Position numbers and translations under genes: made by a program. Below, one piece after another: positions 13,708 to 24,224 of a stretch of DNA of 64,000 nucleotides (the stretch's first letter is position 1; every line of letters starts with the position of its first letter). The stretch comes from Nemertoderma westbladi. Taxonomy: Eukaryota; Animalia; Xenacoelomorpha. The stretch is from the NCBI GenBank assembly GCA_032718475.1, contig JAUCBJ010007822.1, positions 124,001-188,000 of the forward strand, in the 5' to 3' direction. Below the pieces are notes generated by a model. It was given only the letters and a program-made list of their open reading frames with translations, was not told the DNA's origin and searched no databases.

Positions 13708-16700
13708 GAAAATGGGATTTAAGTCTATAAAATATACAAAATCACAGTTTCTAAAATATAAAAATACTCTAAACAGTTAGTCTTTCTTGCGCGGACGGCG
13801 TTTACGCAGTTTTTTGAGGCTAGTAAGAGTCCTTTTCTCTTTGGGGCGAGCCACTTTACAAGGAGGGCTATAACTCCTGGATGAAGGGTGCAATATGATT
13901 GCATCAGAAAGTGTAGGATTATAGTCGGGGTATCCGCCGTTTCGATATGCTTCTCCTCAAGCTGATTTTCCTCCGCTCATCGTTGGATACGTTCGTCCAA
14001 AAACCTTCGCCGAGAATAGGGTCGTCCAAGTTCAATATTGTCTTAGAGATTCGGGATTTCACAATCGAACTGGGATAAATCCAATCCGTTTACCGCTTGG
14101 ACTTGCTGTTATAATTTAAGTTTATCTGAACAAACGTAGGTTTCTTTTCTGATCTTTGTAGAATAGCGTCTAACTCGTTTCGTACAACGCTCTCCTCCAC
14201 CTTGATGACGGGTTGTATCGTGTTAAACGGGGACGATTACGATTATACGGTTGAATGGCGATATCAGGTGTCCGTGCCCCAATCCGGCTAGGTAAGATGG
14301 GCGGATATTTAGGGAGCCCATAACCGGAGTGCTACCGACTAACGGTTCGGATAACACTGGATCTCTGAACGGTGAGTACAGCTCGGAAGGATCCGTCATA
14401 CTAATAGGATCAAGAGCCTGGGGTTTCACTAGGGAACGAGGAGGTCTGATCGAGTATTCCGGAACTCTGATCATAGGTTTATTTAAGGATCGTTTGAGCC
14501 GAGCGAGCGTAGGTGATACATCGAACAAGTTTCGGTTTCCGTAGATGTTTATGTCTTTCCGTTTATTAGTTGGGTCTAGGGCATTTATCGTAATAATACC
14601 AAAGACGCACGTCTGGTAGGGGAAACGCGGGTGATATTTATTTGTTGTTACAATGCTTCTATCAAGAATTCCAAATATACGTTGGAGTTACCGCGTCCAT
14701 TTGTTTCTTTAGTGTCTTTTCTTTCGAGTCGATTTCGAATAGAATTTTCGCATTCGAATATCAGTTTATGGTTCCGACTCCGCTGGGCAGGATATATAGT
14801 CGACATAGTCCGTATTGTGTAAATCGATAGGATGACCAGTTGTTAAGAAGCCCATATACGTACCATTACGCTGCGTATATCGAGCAGCGAATTTGCTATA
14901 GTCCAACTCGCGCGAGAGCTGCTCTTGGGACATTGGCGGTTCGATATAACGACCATCGTCCTCCGCAGCAGTTGGACTAACGTCGCCGCGTATTAAGCTA
15001 TCAACAAACGCTTGTAAAAGTAGAGTATATCGCGATACCAAGACCATCTTCTATCAACTCCGTCATATCTGCTATATATGAGTTTATCCATATTATAAGG
15101 AGTTTATATTTAGGCTAGCGAGCGTCGCTGCCTACCCCAATTAGCCCCCGGACAGTGCGAGATCCTCAGCGCCGATGTGTCGTCGCCGCTGTACTTTCGC
15201 CAACGACGTAGCCGCACAACGACAACGACAACCGGCACAAGTCACTCGACTGTCCGTCCCAAAGGCTTAGATACACCTCAGGTTCTTACTGGAGAGTTAG
15301 GGTTACTTTCACAATTGCGACTCGCTACTGTAAACACACCTTAGTAGTAACATTCGCCTATAAACTCACAAATACCACACACACAACTTGTCACAAATTA
15401 CACACACTCGGGCCATTTGTCCGTTAGTCAATGCCTTCCAGAATGTCACTGTATTATTATGTATCCTTGGATACTAGCAGTGCGCTATTTATTCCCTATG
15501 CTATTCAATGGGACAAGCTTTCTATTGTTCTTTTAACTCAATTCTAATTCTAGCGTGGTTGTTGCTATGGTGACATTATGCAAAGCTAGCGGTAGAATTA
15601 GGGTAATTCCAATGCATACAGATCTGGGATGTTATTTAATAGTAATTCTTTAATGGTCAATGTCCTGTTTTATACATGACTTTATGAATTTTATCGGCTA
15701 TTGACTATGTTTGGGAGACTTTCGCACACTCATACGAATAATAAGATAAATCTCCGCTCCCTTGATCTATTAATTAATGGAATTTTGGGAATGTTATAAA
15801 TTGCGTAAAAATGGCAATTTATTAAATTCATTAAAAGGCATGAATTTAAATTTAATCCCTGAAATTTTATTATTTGATAATTAAATTGACATATTTTGAT
15901 TCTAGAACATGTCTGGGGACACAAGATCCTTAAAAATTAAATTGACATATTTTGATTCTAGAACATGTCTGGGGACACAAGATCCTTAATTCTATGAAAA
16001 TTGTCTTTTTAAGAATATCGGTAAATGCTACGATATCTTAATTGACTAGAATTGTTGAAGGATCTGAATTTTACAGATTTTGACTTATTAGATTTGCAAA
16101 TATTAAATAATTAATATTTGAGATGGGCACCGATTTATTCCAGAACTTGTCTGGGGACGTTAACCACTGATTCTAGAATTTGTCTTTCAAGTATATCGGT
16201 GGGTGCCGCGATATCTTAATCGACTAGAATTACAGATGGTCAAAAGGTTTAACAGATTTATGTGCGTTTTACGCTACTGTTAGAGGGACATCACGCTACT
16301 ATATGTATTATTATATACGGTATGAGAGCAATATCGCACGAAGCAATGTCAGTGTGAAGAGGCAAGTCGTTTCCAAGGTCTACCCAGAGCTTGGTTTAGC
16401 TGAGACACGAGGATCTGAACTTTGCATTCCTAATACTCTGCCTACCAATAATACTTGAATATAGTAGTGGCTTTATTGTACTTTAATAAGTACGGACATT
16501 TCATCTTACTGTAGTCACGTATTTATAATATGATACGGACAGTAAGGAAAGAGAAAAAGAATTATTTCTTGCCGTCGCTCTACATATATTATAAGTAATT
16601 ACGTACGCAATAAACACGAATATATTGCTATTCTACTAAATAATCGCTAAATAATATTCTACTAAATTAAATAAAACGATTATAATAAAATTACATAGTA

Positions 16701-16770
16701 ATACATACATAAATATAAAAATAATAAAATAATATAAAATAATAGAGTCACACACCCACTCCATATGTTG

Positions 16771-19626
16771 TTACGTTATGGAGTCCCTAGATGTTTGAAG
16801 GATTAGGGAGGTGGTCGTGGGAAGAGAATCTTGCCTTCCACAGTTTCCGGAGAGTCCTCCATTCCCTTCCGGTAAACACAAACGACCGACTGGGTGATTG
16901 AGTCGCTGCATCCCGAATACAATTCCAGGTTTCCTCTTCGTCCTGGAATAGTGATGATAGAAACATCGCTCTAAGTACACGACGGCCTTACAAAGCCGAT
17001 TCCAGGAGCTATAGTGGTCCGTCGCTCCCTGCAGGAGAGGTGAGAGTCCCTGCGAGACGTCTGATGTTCCAGAGCTCCAATCGCTCTCTCTGATCTTCAT
17101 GAAGGATCCACTCGCGGTGGGGAGGTCCAGATCCACGGCGTCGTCCCTGGCAATATGTAATACCGACAGATCTATCCCGGGTTCAAATAACTCCGATCCA
17201 CCCGTCCGGGTTTTAGGTTTGACTTTCTCCGCTCCCTTGGCTGGTCTAATCTCAGTCGGAGTAAGATGGGGAGGCCATTTATCCTCCTTACTCAGGAAGT
17301 CGGGTTCACCTAACCAGTCTGTAGTATCTGTCAGTTCTTGAGGAGTTGCTCCTCTGGAAGCGATGTCAGTTGGATTAAACTTCTTGGGGCAATATCTCCA
17401 TTGATCTACATTGGAGCTAATATCGTCATTATCTGAGGAGTATGGTGTTCCCTCAGTTGGGTCGTCTCCCTCACTAGTATCATCTTCCCATTCACTCACC
17501 TGGCAGACGCGATCTTGAAGCAGTCTTTCTCTGAGCGTTCTTCGGGAAGGTCCAGTAAGGTACCAACCTACTCTAGTTCTTACCGCATAGGTCTGAAGTG
17601 GTTGCGGTTGAGCAGGTCGTTTCTCCAATGTCGCCAGCGCCTCATGCGCGTTTTGACCGATTAATATTTGTACTCCAGGATAATCGGTGTCGAATCTAGG
17701 GATGTGAAGTTGTTGGGCATGATCATCTTCGTCCCAATTATAAGGTTCCACTTGGGTGGTAGCGAAGTTCTTTATTGCCACCATTTTGACTGACCTTATA
17801 CTGTGTTCTCCTAGTTTATCCTGTGGAGTGGACAACTCACCTATATAATAGTCGGCAGCTACAGTAGATTTCCAAACCTGCATGATTCCTGACATATTTA
17901 GCTTGGTTCGGAACTTGGGTTGTCCAGCGAAGATGTCTTCGGCTAGTTCTTTATCAATGAATGTTCCTGTGCTGCCGGAGTCCAGGAGGGCGTTCACTAT
18001 ATAGCTCTTCTGAGGTCCGTGGACCCGTAACTGGACTACAGGAAATTCTCGGATTCCTACATTTGAAGTTGGCGCTTTCCAAGATTGTTGTTGATCTGAA
18101 GTAGTTAGGGTGAGGTCGCTGTCTGTGTCTTTCTCATACATGAGTGCTCGATACACTGCGGTGGTGTTTATTAAGTAACAGGATTCGTTTTGGTCGGAGA
18201 ATTCGTCCGTATAGAATCCTTCCATCTCAGAACTTTGGTCAGTGTCGTTCACATCACTGAATTGGACATGTAGTTGTTCGGACTCACTTACCTGACTCGG
18301 GCTGCTTCGTTCGAATTCAGTGTGCAACAAGATATGATGTTTTGCACCGCACTTTGCACACCTTGCGTCGGAGTAACAGGTTCGCCGTTGGTGTCCTCGT
18401 CTGAGGCAATTATAACACAACCGCTTATCCCACATGACGTCCCGTCTCTCTTTTAATGATTTCTTTAAGAATTCATAGCACATATTCAAGCGGTGAGTCC
18501 CGTCACATAGTACACATTTAGGTTTGATGTTACTGACCTTATTTTGGGTGACATTGTGCACACTCGTTCTTTCTTCAGACTTTCTCACCTGAATTCTTTT
18601 AGGAGACGTAGGAGGGGTTTTTCGTACTGGTTCCCTTCTGTCATTGGGTCGAGACTTGGATTTACTTACCTGGTCTTTAGGCATTTTATTGACATAATAA
18701 GATCTATCAGTGTCTTTTCCGCTATCCTCTCCTTGAGAAGTCTGGCTTTCGCCATCTTCGGTATAACACACTGGTGTTACTTTTCTCCTGGAAAGGGGTT
18801 TTTCACTTACCTTGTTTTCCGGTGTCTTCTCTCTGGACTGCTTGAGGAGTTGCAATTTCACTTCTCCATCCAAGAATGACATGAGATCAGCCATGGTAGG
18901 GTCTCGTCGTTGTTGTTCCATCATATATAGTACTTTCTTATCCCAGCGTGTGCCTACCCCACCTTTCGGTAAAGTAGAAGCCACAGCTCCAATGACCATA
19001 GAACTTTGGTATTCATGAGACTTACCTAACCAATCTAATTGTCTACAGATCTCTTGAATCTCATCGGAAAACTCTATTATCCCACTGCTGATGAACTTTC
19101 TGGGCGCTACTAATTTTGCATATAAATACTTAGCGATATTATTCCTATTACCATACCTGATGTTTAGTGTGTCCCAAACTTGTCTTAATCCGTCTGGATG
19201 TCCAATAAACTTTAACGCCATTGACTTGGGAGATCCTTCCAAGCACTCGATGAGAAATCTAAGTTTCTCTCCGTTGGATAGCACAGAGTCCTGTATGTTA
19301 TCTTTATAATATTCATTAAAAGGTAACCATTTCATCTCATCTCCATTAAACTTGACGATCTCTCCAACCTTTACCGCTTGCCGGGCTTTGGTTCTAGCCA
19401 TTTGTCGTGTAAAACTTTCTTGGGCCATCGTATTATTGAATAGAGAATTATCGGTATATAAATTTCTCGGATTATGATCAGGTCTATATGGAATATCGCT
19501 ATCAACAGGTTTATAATTACCCTTAATAGGGTTTCCTATAGGAGTCTCTACTTTGCTAGCAGTATAGATGCGTGTAGGCTCCACACCTTGCGCATGGGAT
19601 ACTTCAGACCTAACGGGTTGACACAT
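16771..19626 (-). CDS. BEL/Pao Gag-protease ORF fused in frame to remnants of the RNase H C-terminus and Pol tail (951 aa)
   Basis: Capsid-like segment KFNGDEMKW..F...EKLRFL..CLEG; knuckles CVLCDGTHRLNMC, CYNCLRRGHQRRTC, CAKCGAKHHILLH; protease ALLDSGSTGTFI and ILIGQ; BEL RNase H end QWRYCP..NPTDIASRG..W.GEPDFL; SSWNRL motif. No YxDD and no integrase core. Confidence 0.88.
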   Translation of the reverse strand: MCQPVRSEVSHAQGVEPTRIYTASKVETPIGNPIKGNYKPVDSDIPYRPDHNPRNLYTDNSLFNNTMAQESFTRQMARTKARQAVKVGEIVKFNGDEMKWLPFNEYYKDNIQDSVLSNGEKLRFLIECLEGSPKSMALKFIGHPDGLRQVWDTLNIRYGNRNNIAKYLYAKLVAPRKFISSGIIEFSDEIQEICRQLDWLGKSHEYQSSMVIGAVASTLPKGGVGTRWDKKVLYMMEQQRRDPTMADLMSFLDGEVKLQLLKQSREKTPENKVSEKPLSRRKVTPVCYTEDGESQTSQGEDSGKDTDRSYYVNKMPKDQVSKSKSRPNDRREPVRKTPPTSPKRIQVRKSEERTSVHNVTQNKVSNIKPKCVLCDGTHRLNMCYEFLKKSLKERRDVMWDKRLCYNCLRRGHQRRTCYSDARCAKCGAKHHILLHTEFERSSPSQVSESEQLHVQFSDVNDTDQSSEMEGFYTDEFSDQNESCYLINTTAVYRALMYEKDTDSDLTLTTSDQQQSWKAPTSNVGIREFPVVQLRVHGPQKSYIVNALLDSGSTGTFIDKELAEDIFAGQPKFRTKLNMSGIMQVWKSTVAADYYIGELSTPQDKLGEHSIRSVKMVAIKNFATTQVEPYNWDEDDHAQQLHIPRFDTDYPGVQILIGQNAHEALATLEKRPAQPQPLQTYAVRTRVGWYLTGPSRRTLRERLLQDRVCQVSEWEDDTSEGDDPTEGTPYSSDNDDISSNVDQWRYCPKKFNPTDIASRGATPQELTDTTDWLGEPDFLSKEDKWPPHLTPTEIRPAKGAEKVKPKTRTGGSELFEPGIDLSVLHIARDDAVDLDLPTASGSFMKIRESDWSSGTSDVSQGLSPLLQGATDHYSSWNRLCKAVVYLERCFYHHYSRTKRKPGIVFGMQRLNHPVGRLCLPEGNGGLSGNCGRQDSLPTTTSLILQTSRDSIT

Positions 19627-19651
19627 TGTTACAGAGGGTGATGGTATACGT

Positions 19652-21940
19652 TTACGATACGATATACGATAAGTTTACTAATTTATCGCATTCTAACGCG
19701 ATACTTTGCTGCACTTCTTGCAACTCTAACTTACTTTCCCTCACTGTTCCCTTAAGTTGGTGAACATTCCCTTCCAAATCTCGGACCTGCCGGGAGGAAC
19801 ATTCCTGTTGTTCCCTCAGCTGCCCGAGCAAGAGACCCATCTCCCGTCGTCCCTCATCCACCCAATCCGCCGCCGAAGCGGGGTCCGCCAACGTTGTAGC
19901 GGGAAGACGAGGGACAACGGGCGATATATCGTTAATGTCTCGCTTGTTGTCTAAAACAGGAAGTGACTTGTGAACAGTCTTGCTAGGCACAGATGGCACA
20001 GATAGTTTGGTGCTGTGCAAAGGGAATCTAGAGGTTATTTCAGGTAGTACAGGTGTCTCTAGCACTGAAGGTGTGGCTTCGAGAACAGGCCTAATTATTT
20101 CCGGCTCATCTACTATAGTAGGGAGTTGGTTTACGGTAGTAATTTGGTCTGTGTGTTCTGTACTACCTACGGTTGCGCTGGCTAATTGTCTTCTAACAGT
20201 GGGGGGCAATTCGGGCAATTTATGACGGTGAGACGTTCTTTTACGCCTACTAAGACGAGATCTATTTCCTCCGCCTTCAGGATCGGTGGTATCTCCCTCC
20301 TCCGATGATGTATAACCTTGGCGTTTGGAAGTAGATCGACTCATCATCTTCATTCGACTATCAGTTAACTGTCTATTGATGTTGTCTTGCGTCTCTTGCA
20401 GATTTTCCAACTCCAGTTGGATAGTTTCTTCAGATGCTCTTCGTTCTGCTTCGGCCACTGCCTCTGCCGCCTTTCTGTCCGCTTCGGCTGCTGCTTCTGC
20501 TGCCCTTTTGTCCGCTTCGGCTGCTGCTTCTGCCGCCTTTCTCTCTGCCTTTCTGTCTGCTTCGGCCGCTGCTTCTGCCGCCTTTCTCTCTGCCTTTCTG
20601 TCTGCTTCGGCCGCTGCTTCTGCCGCCTTTCTCTCTGCCTTTCTGTCTGCTTCGGCCGCTGCTTCTGCCGCCTTTCTGTCCGCTTCGGCTGCTGCTTCTG
20701 CCACCTTTCTGTCTGCTTCTGCTGTTGCCATTGCCGCTGCTACTGCTGCTGTCTTTTTGTCTTCAATCCGCCTTTTCTTTACTTGTTCTTCCTGGGCTCT
20801 AACTATGCGGAGACGTTCATCAAATTTAGCTTGGTCTGCAGCTAACATTTCAGTATCGATTGCGTCCAACACATGCTTGGCTCCTTCACTATTAGGGGAA
20901 AGTCCAGCCAGCCGTCTCCTCAACTCATCGTCTCCTGATAGGAATCGCTGATAGTCGGACAGATATATGTCAATAGCGTCTCTAGTTCGCGGCTTCTCTG
21001 TTGCTGATACTTTGCCTTCCCCTTGAGAAAAAGTGGCATCATTTGATTCTTCGTAGTGGTAGAGGCGCTCAGCCAACTGAGTCTTCCACCTGTCGGTTTC
21101 TTGAACCTTGAGGCTCACCCGCTGGAACCAAGTTTTAACAGCAACTTGCAATGACGTGTCCTGTTTTCTTTTAGATGTTTCTTCAAAAGCCGATAGAATT
21201 AGTCTAATGCGTAGAGTTCTTTCGCGTACTTGATAAAGCAGCTTTTCCTGCTCTTGAGGTCCTCGTTGTTGTCGAAACAGCTGTTCTTCTAAACGCTCCA
21301 AAGAACCGAAGAACCCTTGTACGTATCCAGCTGCCGACCTCTTCCAAACAGCTGGATCAACGGTGTCCTCAGCCACTCCCATCCGGTGTATATCATCCCA
21401 GGTGGCTTCTGACAGGTTAAACGGGAGTCCGAGTCCGGGGAAGTTCCATTGTGATTCGACAATGGACATCAGTTCTTCCTTCGAATATCCCGCATAATCA
21501 TCTTTAGTCGACTGCCCATTTCTAACCCAATCATGTTGGTGTTCTTCTACCGCAACTAACACCGTAGTGAGTACTGCTACCGGAAGAACTAGAAGAGGGT
21601 CCTCGTAAACCGTATCCGCCATCTTCGCTCCGCGTTCGGGCGTTAACTCAACAGTATCCGAACTACTGGAGCTATCGGGCCACTGAGAACTAGGTTCTTG
21701 GCTAGGAGGTTGCTGCTGATTGGCAGCTGCTTCTTGATCCCGCTTGACTTGGGCCCGCGTGCCGATGATAGACCTATGGTGTTGGATTAGCTTAGGGTCT
21801 GATATCACTACAGGAGGGGTAACCTTCCTTACAGTAGGAGGTGAGCTGAACTTAGGTCTCGTCGGTTCCACACTCCTATCTGAGTCACAGATGGTGGTAT
21901 CTAGAAGACTGTCTGATAGGTTCTGCTTTGTGTCAGACAT
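19652..21940 (-). CDS. Upstream retrotransposon ORF (762 aa), coiled-coil and Ala-rich, probable Gag N-terminal extension
   Basis: Long ATG-initiated ORF inside the LTR element on the same strand as gag. It carries AEADRKAERKAAEAA repeats and heptad-like segments and ends 26 nt before the gag ATG, in a different frame. Confidence 0.7.
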   Translation of the reverse strand: MSDTKQNLSDSLLDTTICDSDRSVEPTRPKFSSPPTVRKVTPPVVISDPKLIQHHRSIIGTRAQVKRDQEAAANQQQPPSQEPSSQWPDSSSSSDTVELTPERGAKMADTVYEDPLLVLPVAVLTTVLVAVEEHQHDWVRNGQSTKDDYAGYSKEELMSIVESQWNFPGLGLPFNLSEATWDDIHRMGVAEDTVDPAVWKRSAAGYVQGFFGSLERLEEQLFRQQRGPQEQEKLLYQVRERTLRIRLILSAFEETSKRKQDTSLQVAVKTWFQRVSLKVQETDRWKTQLAERLYHYEESNDATFSQGEGKVSATEKPRTRDAIDIYLSDYQRFLSGDDELRRRLAGLSPNSEGAKHVLDAIDTEMLAADQAKFDERLRIVRAQEEQVKKRRIEDKKTAAVAAAMATAEADRKVAEAAAEADRKAAEAAAEADRKAERKAAEAAAEADRKAERKAAEAAAEADRKAERKAAEAAAEADKRAAEAAAEADRKAAEAVAEAERRASEETIQLELENLQETQDNINRQLTDSRMKMMSRSTSKRQGYTSSEEGDTTDPEGGGNRSRLSRRKRTSHRHKLPELPPTVRRQLASATVGSTEHTDQITTVNQLPTIVDEPEIIRPVLEATPSVLETPVLPEITSRFPLHSTKLSVPSVPSKTVHKSLPVLDNKRDINDISPVVPRLPATTLADPASAADWVDEGRREMGLLLGQLREQQECSSRQVRDLEGNVHQLKGTVRESKLELQEVQQSIALECDKLVNLSYIVS

Positions 21941-24213
21941 TTCGGTTTATACAGTTGAGTGCCTACTGCTATAAATACAGCTAAAGCAAGTCTAGTAATT
22001 CAGTATCACTGATAGCTTAGTAATCAATTACTTATACTGCTACTCAGTGTAGCTATATATGTACACACAATATATTAGAATACCGGTATACACTTAAAGT
22101 ATATAAGTATTATTACAGGCTAGGTTTGTTTCAGAATACCGGTATGTGATTTCGGCACAAATAGATATAAGTATATAATAGGCCTATCTGGAATACCGGT
22201 ATACAGCTTACACTTATAGTATATAAGTATAATTATATTAGAATTAATTACAGAATACCGGTATGATTTCAGCTTAAATTTATGGAAATAAATATAATAA
22301 GCCTATTGCAAATACCGGTATGTCAATTATTTTAAATAATTGAATTTCTGAATTTTAGGAGTTACTTAGGTTACTTAGTTACTTTTCTTACTCTATTACC
22401 ATTACTTGAGCAATAGTCCAACTGATATTGAGACCTAATTGTTGTATGGCAGGCCTACTATTTATGAATCGTTTGAGTTGATTTATAATATATATATATA
22501 CCCGCTTAAATGGGTTTAGTCAATGTTTGAAATAAATGTTATTATTTCTGGGGAGTTAAATCACTACACAAAGCGGTGCGCTTTCAGTGAAGTGCTACTT
22601 ATAGGACACTAAAACAAATAATTCTACTTTCTAAGTTACTTATCTACAAATTACTTACGATTCGGGTTGAGATTACAATCTCTAAATAAACACAAAAATT
22701 TACAAAAAACACAAAATACGAATTTTTAGGGTGATTTTACAAGAAGTCTACAAACCAGCCTAACAAAGGGTTAGAATCTGGTTATTACAACGGACAGGGT
22801 ACTACGGTATTTGAAAATAATAAGTAGTAGTAAATATACTGCGCTGTCCAGATAGGAAAAAACCACCGCCTGACGACCTATAGCCGTATCGCTATAGGTA
22901 CTACGTTATGTATCACGGAGTGTCCCTACCTAGAGATTAATTACCGCGGTCTACCAGAACCAGCGTGCCTATTAACCACTTTACAACACAGATATACTGC
23001 CTACACACCAATTACCTTCGGAAAGCACTGTACACTAAACCCTAAATTAGGTACGAGTACTTGTACAACAGATAACCAGCAGTTAAAAATACTTGAACAG
23101 CTAAAAGAACCACGGCATCTGCTGGAGTGACCGGTGCACAAAATCACCAGTCTTTACCTACGCCAAGCAGCCCTGATGTAGTACCGGGGTTAATTTAACT
23201 ATAGCGGTATGTATAACAAGCACAATTACTGTAGGAATAAACTTGGGGACATGAATGTTGCGAATAATCGCATAAACTCTGAATAATAAATATTACGCAA
23301 CGCGTACAAACTACTCAAACAAAATGCAGACTAAATGCTGACAGACTACTATCAAGCCTAAACAAACTACGGTATGTGCAGACTCCGAAACGGTTAGTTA
23401 GTATGCGCGCTAACCGAGTAGTACGACTTATTCTTTAAGAGGGGGTTTACCTCACAGCACTGGAAGCCCCTACTTACTAACTGGCACTTTCTCGGACATG
23501 CACTCTACACACAACGCAATCCCTCAGACCTAATAACAGCTAGGCAACAATTCAGCCTACAGATTATCAAAATAAGAATATTACGCTACCCGTAGAGACT
23601 ACACAAACAAAGTACAGACTAAACGATGGCAGACTACTCTCAAGCCTAAATAAACTACAGGACATGCAGACTCCGAAATGGTTAGGTAGTATGCGTTCTA
23701 ACCCAGTAGTACGACTTATTCTTTAGATGGGGGTTTACCTTACAGCTTTGGCTGCCCCTACTTCCTAACCGCACTTTATCGGACAGATGATCTACACACA
23801 CTACAGTCCTTCAGACTTAACAACAGTCAGACAACAGCTCAGCCTACAAATTGTCTGTACAATCTGATCAGGCTTACACGCCTTCTGCTCAATATTGGCC
23901 TACAAACAAATAAAACCGACAGAAACAAGTAAAATCTCAATAAAAAACCAGGGCGGCCGTTCCCTGATTAAGTACTAAGACCTACCGGTATATAATTATC
24001 AAATCGAATAATACTAATGTACTTATACTGGAAGTACCGGTTAGGACAGTTGGGCCTACGGACCTACAGAAGTACCGGTTCTGGCAGTTGGACCTACGGA
24101 CCTACAGCAGTACCGGTTCTGGCAGTTGGGCCTACTGACCTACAGAAGTACCGGTTCAGATTTACCGGTCAACCGGTACTTTCAACTTTATTGCTTACTG
24201 CAATAAAGAAGCT

Positions 24214-24224
24214 ATATCCGTTAT
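24214..24224 (-). other. Non-tRNA primer-binding site candidate (ATAACGGATAT)
   Basis: Directly abuts the 5' LTR end (...GCGAACA), lacks TGG, and is complementary to an LTR-internal 11-mer at 24982-24992. Confidence 0.6.

Noticed and set aside
20325-20951. Plus-strand Ala/Ser-, Cys- and Leu/Pro-rich ORFs
   Set aside because: Antisense readings of the repeat in the retrotransposon upstream ORF.
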